Shown here one piece after another: positions 1 to 11,513 of a stretch of DNA of 64,000 nt. The translations under genes were made by a program, and so were the position numbers. Under the pieces are notes generated by a model that saw only the letters and a list, made by a program, of their open reading frames with translations, did not search any database and was not told where the DNA came from. Within the stretch, counting starts at the first letter, position 1. Every line of letters starts with the position of its first letter. Source of the stretch: Salpingoeca rosetta (lineage: Eukaryota > Protista > Choanoflagellata); NCBI GenBank assembly GCA_033442325.1, contig JAWQFM010000002.1, positions 2,693,144 to 2,757,143 on the forward strand, written 5' to 3'.

Positions 1-22
1 AATCACGCAGTTGTTTACTCAC

Positions 23-512
23 TTCTGATCAAGGGTCCATAGCCCTTCTCCTCAAACTGCTCGAGCTGAACCGTGCCCATGTTGGCCAGCAGGTCTTCCA
101 ACGACAGGTTGGTGACCGCAGCCACCGTGTTGAGAACCAGGAGCGTCTCTTTGTCGTCATACCTGGTGGTGTGGTGTGTGGGGGCGGGGGAAGGGAAGGC
201 AGAGGGACGTTAGTCTGCTGTGGTTTGCCATTGAAGGCATACGCACCCGACAAGAGCGCGCGTACTGATGCACAAGCAGATAGACATACATACACACACA
301 GACACACACACACACATACACACACACACAGAAACACATACACACACAGACACAGACACACACACGGCTGTGCCTTTGTGGTGGACGCACTGGGTGTAGA
401 AGTTTGTGTTGATGTTGCCGTCGAGGCGGCGGCTGATTTTGTCCAGGAGATCTTCGCTGTTGGGCAGCTGCTTGACAAACGCCAGCGCTGCCGCTGGGAT
501 GAAACCATACAT
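23..512 (-). CDS. H-NOX (heme NO/O2-binding) domain protein, soluble guanylate cyclase-like; 5' part only, continues past the window start
   Basis: Exon 1 512-391 (MYGFIPAAALAFVKQ...NFYTQ) and exon 2 162-23 (YDDKETLLVLNTVAAVTNLSLEDLLANMGTVQLEQFEEKGYGPLIR) join in phase across a GT-AG intron. Matches the sGC-beta N-terminal pattern MYGF...YDD..T...GY..ILR. Confidence 0.8.
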
Positions 513-1558
513 GCTGGCGTAGCAGTCCTTTGTCGTTTTGAGGGAGAGAGAGAGTGTGCGTGTGTTTGTGCGTGTGTGCGTGTGACGTAGCACGAGCTGG
601 TACTATGTACGAGTGTGGAGATGAAGAAGAGAAGAGCAGCGTGAGTGCTCGCTGAGAAAAGACACGACTGTTGGGCGACAATGACGACGTTCGTGTGGCC
701 CGCTCGAGCTTTGCTTGCTCACTCCGCTTACTCCCTCGCTCGCTTGCTGCAACTTGGATGACATTACCACTCATTCACCCGCGCCCGCACCTGTCTTCCA
801 AGCAAGGCGAAGTTGGCGAGTCGTTGTAGCTCCGGTTCTGGGAAATGATGACACAGGACTGACACGACACCGCAAGGGCTTGAATGATTGAATGGCGTGC
901 CACAAAGTTCCAAACGGTTGCTTGCACCACAACAATCGAAGACTGCGCACAAGTTTGTTGGGTGTACCCCGTGCCACGACACCCCACGATGCAATGGAGA
1001 TGAACAAGGGTTTTCGATATGTGAGCTCGTGGTGATGGATGGATGGGCAGGGAGGAAATGCTTGCTTGCCTGCCTGCCTGCTTGCTTGGGGGATGCCTTT
1101 GTGGTGATCGTTACCACGTTGCTTGCAACCAACTCACCTTCAATCAACCACAAGGCACACAACTTTGGTGGTTGCCACAGCGGCTGCGCTGGATGTGGCA
1201 AGGCTGACAAATATGGCAGTTCGTGACATGATGGCAATCACCTTCGAGGCCCCGAATCACGTCAGCCTACAGCTGCCCACTACGCAACATAGAATAATGG
1301 CGAATATCTTCACGGAAAATCGCAACACTTTAATGGTGGCCGGTGGCGAACGATGACGCGAAGGAAAGGGAAAAGCCTCGCAACACCAAGCAACCAAGCG
1401 ACACACGAAAGCAAAAAGAACACAGCAGTGCAACGAAAGCCAAAGCAGTCAACGCGCAAGGCAAGCAAAGAGGGGGGGGGGGGAGGAAAGCAGAGAACAC
1501 AGCACACAGGCACCACACGGTGTGTGCAGAGTGCTTTTTGGGAGAGGGCGCCCACTCT

Positions 1559-1610
1559 CTAGTAGGAGAAGTAGTGGCCGAAGTAGCCCTCAGGCTGTAC
1601 GGTGGCAAAG

Positions 1611-1642
<32 letters not shown>

Positions 1643-3365
1643 GAACAATTGTGTGAGTAGGGTGGCGATGATGATGTGATGATGGGTAACGATGTATGTG
1701 GCGGGGGTGCAACGGGGTTGGGGAAGCGAAACATGATGTGGGTGAGGGTGGTTGGTTGGTTGGTTGGTTGGGATGTGTTGTGAGGATAAACGGTGGTCGC
1801 AACAGGGATGGGCACAGGAACATACCACAACAGAGGAACAGACAACGGAAGCACAACGAAGCAACATCACAAGACAACGCTGGCACCAAGGGGTACGCAC
1901 CTCCTTGACAAACTTGGTGAGGACGTTCCTGAGGCTGACGACGCGGAGGGGGCGGCCATCGTCATCCACAACGTAGATGCGGTGGATGCGCGAGCGCACA
2001 AGCTGTGAAATGACAGTCTCAAGCTTGTCTGTGGACTTGCACGTGATGGCAGAGTTCTCGGCGCCATCCGTCACCACATCCAGGTACGTCTGCGGTGTGT
2101 GGTGGTGGTGGTGTGTGTGTGTGTGTGCGTGTGATTGCATGGGAGGGCAACGGAGGGGGCGCGTGTGTGCATGTCAGCGTGTATATTGTTTGTGCACGTG
2201 TGTGTGTGTGCGTAAGTGTGAGGCCGTATGCAAACACGCGCACAACAACAACGCAAACAACACAAATTACACACACACCGCAAACAACACAAACACACCT
2301 TGATGGGCATGTCGAGGAGCTTGTAGATCTTGGTGGAGCCGACGATAAGGCGGGCATCGCGCGCGCTCACGTTGCCGTGGATCTTGCCTGCGGAGCCACG
2401 CACGCAGCAGGGGTGGCAGGATGCAAGGGCGCAAGGGTGAGCAGGAAAAGTCACAGTGAGGGAAGCGTTTGAAGAAGGGGGGGGGAGGAATAGCGAGGGC
2501 ATTGTGCATGAACAACGGCAGAAAAGGGCCCAATATGCATGTGCAGATGAACACACACTTAGGCGAAGATGAGTAACAAACAACCAAGCCAAGCCAAACC
2601 ACACAAAACAAAAACACAAACGAAACCAAGCAAAGTCAAAACCAAACACAAGCTCACCTTCGGCGTCGACGACCGGGACAGCGCTGATGTCGTTCTCCTT
2701 GATCTTCTCAAAGGCGGAGCGGAGCGGGTCGTCGAGGGAGACGGTGAACAAGAGGCCCTTGTCCCCAAGGCCAACCTCCTTCAGCGTCTTCGTGCCAACA
2801 TCCTGTCGCACGCGCAGCGACAGGGGGAGAGAGAGTGTGTGTGTGAGTGTGAGAGTGTGTATGTGTGTGTGTGTGAGGGGGGTGTACGTGTGAGTGTGTG
2901 TGTGAGTGTGTGTGCGTGAGTGAGTGTGTGTATGTGTTGGAAAAGTTGCAGAGGTGAGGTGGGAAAGACAGAGGGGAAGCAGGCGGAGTGGGGCGTTGAT
3001 GGCGTAGCGTTGGAAATGTAGAAAACAATGGGGTATTGTTACATGTGACGTGGCGCGACAAACAAGGGCGAATGAAGCAAAACCGAACAGGCGAACACAA
3101 GAGTCACAACATAGAACATCCAACACAATCCCAAAGCGCACTGACCTTGAAGCGGTTGAGGTTTGCCTCGAGCGTCTGGACGAGGGCGCTCTGGGTGATG
3201 ACGTTGACAATGTCACCACCTGGAGTCTTGACGACGGGGACGCGGCGGATGCCATGGTGCCCGCACAGCAGCATGCAGTCAAGCAGGTTGCCTCGCTCAA
3301 GGTCAACAGGCACAAACGGCCCAAAGCGGAAGAACGCTATGTGTGTGCGTGTGTGCGCGCGTGTG

Positions 3366-3412
<47 letters not shown>

Positions 3413-4109
3413 TAGTGGTGAGCACAAGCTCAATGCAGCAAACTCAGAGTTCGGAAGCAAACACACCAAGAGAGCGTCTCAAAGTGACAAATGCAATGAC
3501 AATGCACACACCAATCACACAACGGGCACCACCAGGCAAAGCAACCATGCACGCCTGATACACAAGCATGCAATTGTGTTACGTACAGATTGCGTCCTTG
3601 ACCTGCATCTTCTGGAAGCTCTCCACAGACTCAATCTGCTTGGAAAAGTCCTCCTCCTTGCCGGCGGCAGAGCCGAGAACGCCAAGCATGTGGAACACAA
3701 TGCCAACCATGTCCACCATGCCAATGTACTTGTCGGTCCACGAGGCGTCCTCGGGCTGGGTCACGTCGCGCACGGGCGCAGACAGGATGTGGTTGGACGA
3801 CAGCGTCTTCACCGCATCAAGGATCGTGGCATCAGAGTTGATAATCACAATCTTGCCCAGCGCGGGCGTGGGGAAGACTGCATCACGTTCAAGGCGTAGA
3901 TGTGTGTAAGAGAGAGAGAGTGTGTGTGTGTGTGCACGTGAGTGAGTGAGAGTGAATGAAGAAGTGAGAGAGTGAGGTTGTGTTTGCGACAAAGTCACTC
4001 GGGCTTGTGCACGCATCGCACAACGGCTGCGTGCACGCACAAAAAAACGACAAGCAGCAGTTGGTGCAACAACCACATTGCACTGTCGAACGAACACACA
4101 CACACACAC

Positions 4110-4154
<45 letters not shown>

Positions 4155-4290
4155 CACACACNNNNNNNNNNNNNNNNNNNNNNNNNNNNNNNNNNNNNNN
4201 NNNNNNNNNNNNNNNNNNNNNNNNNNNNNNNNNNNNNNNNNNNNNNNNNNNNNNNNNNNNNCACTAGTCGACGAACACACACACACACAC

Positions 4291-4335
<45 letters not shown>

Positions 4336-4825
4336 CACACACACACGCACGCACGCACACACACTTACTTGTCATGGGAACGGCCTCAAACTCTGGGTTG
4401 AGCTTGCCATCGCCCTCCTCCTCGGCGCGGGCGTCGGCCATCTTGATCTGTTTCTCCTGGAACTCCTTGTCCTTGGCCACGGTGACGGTGAGGACGCCGT
4501 GCTCGCAGGTGGCCTTGACGTTCTCCACGTCTGTGCCGGCCGGCAGGCGGAAGGTGCGGCAGAAGGTGCCGAAGGAGCGCTCCATCCTGTGGAAGTGCTG
4601 GCCGGTGCCCGTGGTGCGCTGCTTACGCTCGCCAGAGAGCTGCAGCAGGTCTGTCGTCACGCGCACGTGCACGTCCTTGGAGGAGAGGCCGGGGCAGTCT
4701 GTGATGAAGACATACGAGTCGTCCGTCTCGTAAATGTCGACAGGGCCCATAAAGGGGGACGTGGCGTGGTGAACGGCCTTGCTTGGCTTTGAGCCAAGCG
4801 TCACGGGGTCATACTTGAAAGGCAT
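1559..4825 (-). CDS. HSP20/alpha-crystallin domain fused to a 4xCBS (SnRK1/AMPK gamma, KING1-like) module, ~465 aa
   Basis: Exons 4825-4369, 3877-3587, 3336-3146, 2802-2658, 2387-2299, 2089-1901, 1594-1559. All introns GT-AG and phase-compatible, total 1398 nt. ACD motifs VDIYET...PGL...SGERK...MERSFGTFCRTFRLP...GVLTVTVAK. CBS motifs HILSAPVRD, GIRRVPVV, ISAVPVVD, IHRIYVVD. C-terminus PEGYFGHYF. Confidence 0.85.
4162..4261. other. Assembly gap (100 N) inside an intron
   Basis: N run. The flanks carry near-identical sequence (cactgtcgaacgaacac.. at 4081 and cactagtcgacgaacac.. at 4262), suggesting overlapping contig ends. Confidence 0.95.
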
Positions 4826-5815
4826 CCTGCTGGAAGTGGATTTGAAGATGTGGCGGGGGGGGGAAGGGTTTCGCTTGCAAAGAAAACGGTAGGCTGTGTG
4901 TGTGTGTGCGTGTGTTCTTTCAAGGTGAACATGCACAAAGAGAGAGAGAGAGAGTGTGTGTGTGTGTGTGTGTGTGTGGTGAGGGGAGGAAGGAGGTAGG
5001 ATTCGCACCGCAACGAGAAAGAGCGCACAGTGTGCATCCAATGTGAGTGGGTTGGAGACGTGGTAAAGCAATAGGGAAGCAAGTAAACGAGGTAAAACAC
5101 AAACAAACAAACAAACAAACCAACCACACACACACAAGCCACGCACACATGCACACACAACTCACCGAAACGAGAGATGAATGAATGGCGTCGTTGACCA
5201 GGTGGAGAATAAAGTGGCCAATGCAAACAAGCCAAGCGAGTCAAGTGGTTGGAAGGTGCAAGTGAGGAGACGCGAGTGTATTGTGTGTGTGTGTCGGGGG
5301 TTGATGAATGCCTTGCTGAGTATGTAACGTGTACACCATGCAATCACTCTTCCCATCTCATGCACTCATCACGCTGGCTGGCTGTTGTGGGTTGTTTCTC
5401 TCTCATCAGGGAGCAAGGCAAGGCAAGGCAAGAAGGCACGGCAAGACGAGTAAGCAAAGCAAGCAAAGCAAGCAAGGAGGCAACGATCAGGCAAAACCCA
5501 CCTCTTGCTTGTTTGCTTGTTTGCTTGGAGTGGTCGACAGTGGAAATGCAATCAAGCAATCACTCAAAAGCCCTGACGCAACGCAATCGCCATCGTCGCC
5601 ACAGCAAGACAGGACAGGACAAAAACATTCCAAACACGACACCACAAAATGGGTCGCACACTTCTCCACCATCCATGATGATGATGATGGTGGTTGTGCA
5701 CATGAGGTGCGTGCTATCAGAACGACAGGCGCGTTCACGTCACGTCATCACTTGTCACATCAACGACTTTAATTATCGTACAGTTTCAGTTAGAAAAAGA
5801 CAAACATCCCTCACC

Positions 5816-5863
<48 letters not shown>

Positions 5864-5935
5864 CACGTTGTAGCCTTGTGCCTGTCCTGTGAAGCCAGTC
5901 GCGGTGCAATCCCCACAACCACACTGCTGTTCCTG

Positions 5936-7484
5936 TCACGTGTGCTTGTTGGGTACACGCATCTTGCGTTGCTTGTGGGCAACACGCACAAGAGATTCCT
6001 GGTCACCGCCACGCATCACGTCACCACTCCACTGTTTCGGCGCGTTTTCCGAATCCTCCTCATCGTCATCGTCGCTGCTCCAGTCCCCCTTTGGCTCGCG
6101 CTTGAGCTTCAGCCTGTCCCTGCCCGCACCCACACGCGAAGAAGCATCGCCTGGCATCTGCACTGACTGCTGCTGCTGCAGCTGGTGCTGCATTGATGCT
6201 AGAGTAGTGGTGGTGTTGTTGTGGTGGGCAGGGGACCGTGTGTTTTGCTTACGGTCATTGCTTGCTGTTTGGCTCAGCGTTGCCTTTCCCACGGGCGATG
6301 CAGCTGTTGGCGTGTTTGATGTGGTGGGGGCGCCGTGCTTCCTGGGCACGGAGTCTTGGAGAACACGAGGGTGTGCGTGGCGTGTGCTGTTGCCGTCCTG
6401 GGCCGCCTGCCGCCTCCTCCGCAGAAAGTTGGCAAACGTGCCCTTCCTCTGTGCTGTGAGGTCTGGTTGGATTGCACGCGCCGGTGGGTGTGCTGGCAGC
6501 AGTGCGCTGTCGCCACACGTATCCATCGTCAGCGTGCCGAGCAGGCCCATCCCGGGATCCAGCTTTGACGCCTCCGTAAGCTTACTTGATAGCGCGCTCA
6601 AGTCCATGTCATCTCTACCGAGTTTTTTTGTGCGAGTATGTGAGTGAGTGAGTGAGTGTGTGCGTGTGTGTGTGCGTGTGTGTGTGTGCGTGTGCGTGTG
6701 TGAGCATGTGTGTGCGTGTGAGTGAGCGTGGGTGTACGTGTGTGTACGTGTGTGTGCAAGTATGTGCGTGAGTATGTAAGCGGTTCAATGAGGCACTTGT
6801 TTTGTCAGCGAGTACACTGAAACAGAATCATGTGTGTGAGTGGGTCGAGGCAACAAGCGCTGAAGACACCAACCCCACACTGCATCAAGTACAAGTCTTA
6901 ACAAGCAACGAGAAACGCATAAGATCCGCACTCGTGGGCCGCGTTCTCCGTTGTTGCCGCTTCAACCAAGTGTGCATACAATGTCTTGGCCGACACCACA
7001 CCTGTAGGTGTGTGCGCGCGCGTGTGCGCGTGTGCGCGATGCGTGAGTGAGGCATCACAAGACAGACAGCGTCACAAGACAGACAGCGCCGTGGTATACT
7101 GATTTGCACGCAGAGCGTGCGGCCACCAGTGCCAGCATAAAATATAACGCGAACCTGTGTCGTGTGTGTGCTTGCGCGTCCATTCCAGCAGTTGCTTGAG
7201 CGCATCTCGAAACCCGCACACATACGCCAACCGAATCTCCTTTGCACGCACTGCAATCGAACGCCCATGCGCGTGTGTCAGGCGTGGTGTAAAGAGAGGG
7301 CAGAGAAGCATGCATGGTGACAGGCAGAGTGTGAGAGCGAGACTGTGTGTGTGAGTGTGTGTGTGTGTGAGTGTGAGTGTGTGAGAGAGAGAGTGTGTGT
7401 GTGTGAGTGTGTGAGTGTGTGAGAGAGACAGGCACATACACACACAGACGCACACACAGGCACAGACGCACACACACACACACA

Positions 7485-7525
<41 letters not shown>

Positions 7526-8152
7526 GCACCCACTTCGGTTGAGTTCCGCGAGGGACATGCGCGCCTTCATCATGCCCTGGTCGTAGTGCATGTCGTCCAC
7601 GTAGTGCCAGCCAAGGTTTTGTCGGCGCCGTGCCGCCGCGTCAGGATCGTGCGCACGCAGCGCAGTGCGGGGCGTCGCTGGTGGGTGCGGATATGGGCGC
7701 TCACCTGGATCCGTGCACGCCGCTTGCTCCTCCATCTCCAGCAGCTCGCGCGCCATGGCGCTGACCAAGGAGAACGTCACGCGCACGTGGTCCGCCAAGC
7801 TCAGAACCCGGGCAGCCATGATCTGGAACGCATCCACCCGACCAGCACGCTTCGTCGTCTCACACCGCTTCTTGCACCCTACACAAGCATGTGTGCGTGC
7901 GTTTGGATGAACAAGTGCTCGTGTCTGCTGCACATGAGGCATGAAAGCAGACACAAGATGCTTCCACACACACACACACACACAGACAGGCAGGCAGACA
8001 GACAGACAGACAGACACACACACACACACACAGACAGACAGACATACAGACAGGCAGGCAGACACACACACACACACAGACACACAGACACACAGACACA
8101 CAGACACACAGACACACAGACACACACACAGACACACACACACACACACACA

Positions 8153-8199
<47 letters not shown>

Positions 8200-8413
8200 A
8201 CACACACACACACACAAAGCAATACGTACGGTCCATGAGCGGGCTGAGGGATTCCACGACGGTGTGAAAGGAGTGCTGCATGTCAGACGTGAGCGTCCAG
8301 TGCGCATCCTCTGTTGCTGCCACCCCAGCTGTCCGAACAGGGAACCTCCACACCTTCCGCAGCCCACCACCAACACCCCCACCATTGCTGGTGCTTTTGC
8401 TCTGTCTCTCCAT
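5936..8413 (-). CDS. Hypothetical multi-exon protein
   Basis: Non-repetitive coding-like blocks at ~8413-8231, ~7880-7530, ~7270-7155, ~7000-6890 and ~6620-5936, separated by microsatellite introns. No recognisable domain; exon boundaries approximate. Confidence 0.45.
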
Positions 8414-9202
8414 CCTTCAGCAACGTGCTTCTTCGTGTTTGTGCGCGCTTTGCTGTTCTGGCGACGATTGTACACTTACTGTTGTTACGCCTGCCTTGCT
8501 TGACTTTTGGGTGTTGTTGTGTTGCGTTGTCTATTGAACCTGGTTGTCGCCAACGGCTGGCAACGAACGAACAGCCATCCACCCACTCAACGTGCACATC
8601 CATACACTCAACACACGACCACGAAGGAGGGCGCTAGCGTGCATGCAAACCAAGCAACGTGTGCTGGCAGAAGCGAACGAATCGAAGCCAAGCTTGGTGT
8701 TTCGAGCGCAAAGTGGAGTGAAGCAAGCAGATGACGCGCCAAACGCGGGTCATCACGGCAACAGCAAGCAAGCAAGAGGAGGAGGAGACGCTGTAACAAT
8801 GGGGCCGCACACAAAACGCACACACACACCTGCGTGTGCCCAGTGTCTCCTCCAACACAACGCTGAAGCAACAAGCAAAGTAATGCAGAGCGAAAGAACG
8901 GAAATGCAAAACCAAACACACCACCGGCGACGAGCATTTAGGAATCAGCAGTGAAGAAGCAGGGCCCCACAGGAGAACAATGGTGATGGGGTTCACTACT
9001 GCTAAACAGGTATCATTAATGTAAAACAACAGGCATAAGGCATAAGGAAAGGAAAGGTGGGGATGATTAATTGTAACATGGATAATGGAAATGAGATGGC
9101 GCGTGGGACAGCAGGTCCACGCCAACAGCGCAAACAGCGCAAACACTCCCACATTACCAACACCTCCAAACAACAGCAACAACAACAACATCGTCACGGC
9201 CG

Positions 9203-9473
9203 TCATTGCTGCTGGAAGATGTGCTGGTGGTTTGGCTGCGATGTCCACAGGGTGTAGAGGAGGGAGGTGGCGTCGTCGAGGGCTGCAGATGCAGTGGCAA
9301 TCTGCTGCCGCAGCTCTTTGTTGCGTCGGTTCACCTCCTGCATGCGCTTCTCCCGCTGTCGTCGCGTCTCGCGCGGGGCAAACAACTCGTCATAGCCAGT
9401 GGACGACGACGAGTACGAGTACGCCGACGGCGCGGGCGACGCGGCAGGCTTCATTGCAGACACCCGCGATCGT

Positions 9474-9534
<61 letters not shown>

Positions 9535-10223
9535 GAGAGGGAAGGGGTTGGCACAAGTCTGTGAGGTTGTACTGGGAGGCGAGCATGGCCTTGATGTTGT
9601 CCATGAGCTGTGGGTCCGAGGGGACGTGCGTCAAACACGCAGAATCGTCCAGATTGAAGCTGCCACACGACATCAGCAGCGCATCGCCATCCGCAGCAGC
9701 GCACGACGTCGAGCCCACAGCCGGCATCTCAGTTTCCATCTGCTGCTGCTGAGGCTGCTGGGTTGCGACAGCGCTCGCGTGGCTGTCGCTGTGGTCGCTC
9801 AGGGCAGGCGGCGGCGGCGGTGCCATGGGCAAGCCGGCCAAGTCGCACGGCCCCACCTCAAAAACATCGTCCTCGTCGTCTTCGCCCAAGATGAACGAGA
9901 CGCGGCTGGAAAAGGCGCTTCCGTCGTCAGCCGCCGCGGCGTCACCGCCCTCCACCATCTTTGACATGCTCGGGATGGAGGCTCCGAGGCACATGGTGCT
10001 GTGGAAGATGCTGCTGCCTGTGGAGGGGAGGTTGCGGCGGGCGCTTGTCGCTGCGGTGGCGACGGTGGCCTTGCTGTTGGTTGGCGAGCAGAAGCTGGCA
10101 CGGCCCCACCACAACGAGGACGATGACGGCGTTGTCTGCATGGCCTGCGAGTGCGATTGCGATTGCGACTGCTCTCGCTGCTGCTGCTGTTCCACAAACG
10201 AGTGCAGCGGCTGAGCACCATAT

Positions 10224-10255
<32 letters not shown>

Positions 10256-10759
10256 CTGCTGTTGTGGTTGGAGGGGTGCGAACTCTGCATCAAAGACTGT
10301 AAAGAGGTCGGAGAAGGAGGCGAGGCCCTGCATGGACGCCGAGGGCGCCATGGCGGACGCAGATGAGTCGCTTGTGCGCTTGGAGCGCTTATGGCGTGGC
10401 TCGCCAGCCAGCGAGTCTGTTGATGGCAGTATCATATCCGAAGACAGCTGCTGTTGTTGTTGTTGTTGTTGTTGTTGTTGTGGTTCCTGTGGGGAGGAGA
10501 GGAAGGCGGCCAAGCTTGCGCTGCTCGTGGCGCGTGAGGGCAGGGCGCGGGTGGCATCGAGCACGGATGAGTGGATCGATGACGGCTGAGTGCGAACGTG
10601 GTTCGTGTTGTTGTTGGTGTTGTTGGTTTGCTCGTGGAAGTTGTTGAAGAGCAGGGACACCTCCGTGTTCAAGGCAGGTGTCAGGGAAGGAATGACCCTT
10701 TGAAGGGATGCCATGGTGGCTTTGGCGAACTGCTGCACATGGTGTGGGCCAACAACCAT
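9203..10759 (-). CDS. Intronless Q/S-rich low-complexity protein with C-terminal basic region and coiled coil (bZIP-like), ~518 aa
   Basis: Continuous ORF from ATG 10759 with several polyQ tracts. C-terminal RETRRQREKRMQEVNRRNKELRQQIATASAALDDATSLL. Confidence 0.6.
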
Positions 10760-10828
10760 GGTTGGTTGTGTGTGTGTGTGTGTTGTTGTTTGTTGTTGTT
10801 GTGGTGGTGTGTGTGGTGGTGGTGGTGT

Positions 10829-10860
<32 letters not shown>

Positions 10861-11414
10861 CGTGGTGTGTTTGTGTGGTAGTGTTTGAGTGGCGCGTGGT
10901 GTTGTTGTTGGAGTGAGGAGGAGGATTGGTTGGAAATTGGGCGAAACGAGGCAAGACAAGGCAAGACGAGGCAAGACGGCATCAGGCTAAGGCAAAGGCA
11001 AAGGCAAAGGACGAGCCCAAGCAAGCACCAAAAAAAAAAAAGTCTCAAGGTGGGGTGCAACCACCATCATGCAGCCGTCATGACGGCCACAAACAAACCA
11101 CCCAACACCACACACAAACACACATCTGGCTGGCTTACCACGCAAGCGGGAGGCGAGTGAGAGGAGTGGTCAGGTCTCTTTTGTGCTGTGTGCGCTCTGT
11201 GCAAGTGGGGGAAATGCATGGAAGAACGGAAAAGAGACGTACGTGGCAAGCCAACGCAAGCTGTCGTGGAAATTGCCTGCAATCGCCCGTCATCTCACAC
11301 CGCCATGACGCACAAAATGTGCGCCTCGGTCGTGCGCGAACCACAGCAGCAGAGGACCGGTTTCCTTTGCGCTGTTTTTTTTGCTGACTCATCATGCCGT
11401 GACTCCCAAAACCA

Positions 11415-11460
11415 GTTGCAAATTGTAAAACGCTTGGTTGTGGGTTTTGCAATTTGCAAC
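11415..11460. promoter_or_regulatory. 17-bp inverted repeat upstream of legumain
   Basis: GTTGCAAATTGTAAAAC (11415-11431), 12-nt spacer, GTTTTGCAATTTGCAAC (11444-11460). 16/17 complementary, ending 54 bp before the ATG. Confidence 0.5.
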
Positions 11461-11513
11461 ACAACCATCTCCTCCATAAACACCCGCCCTCCCCTCTTCC
11501 CACGAACAAGAAG

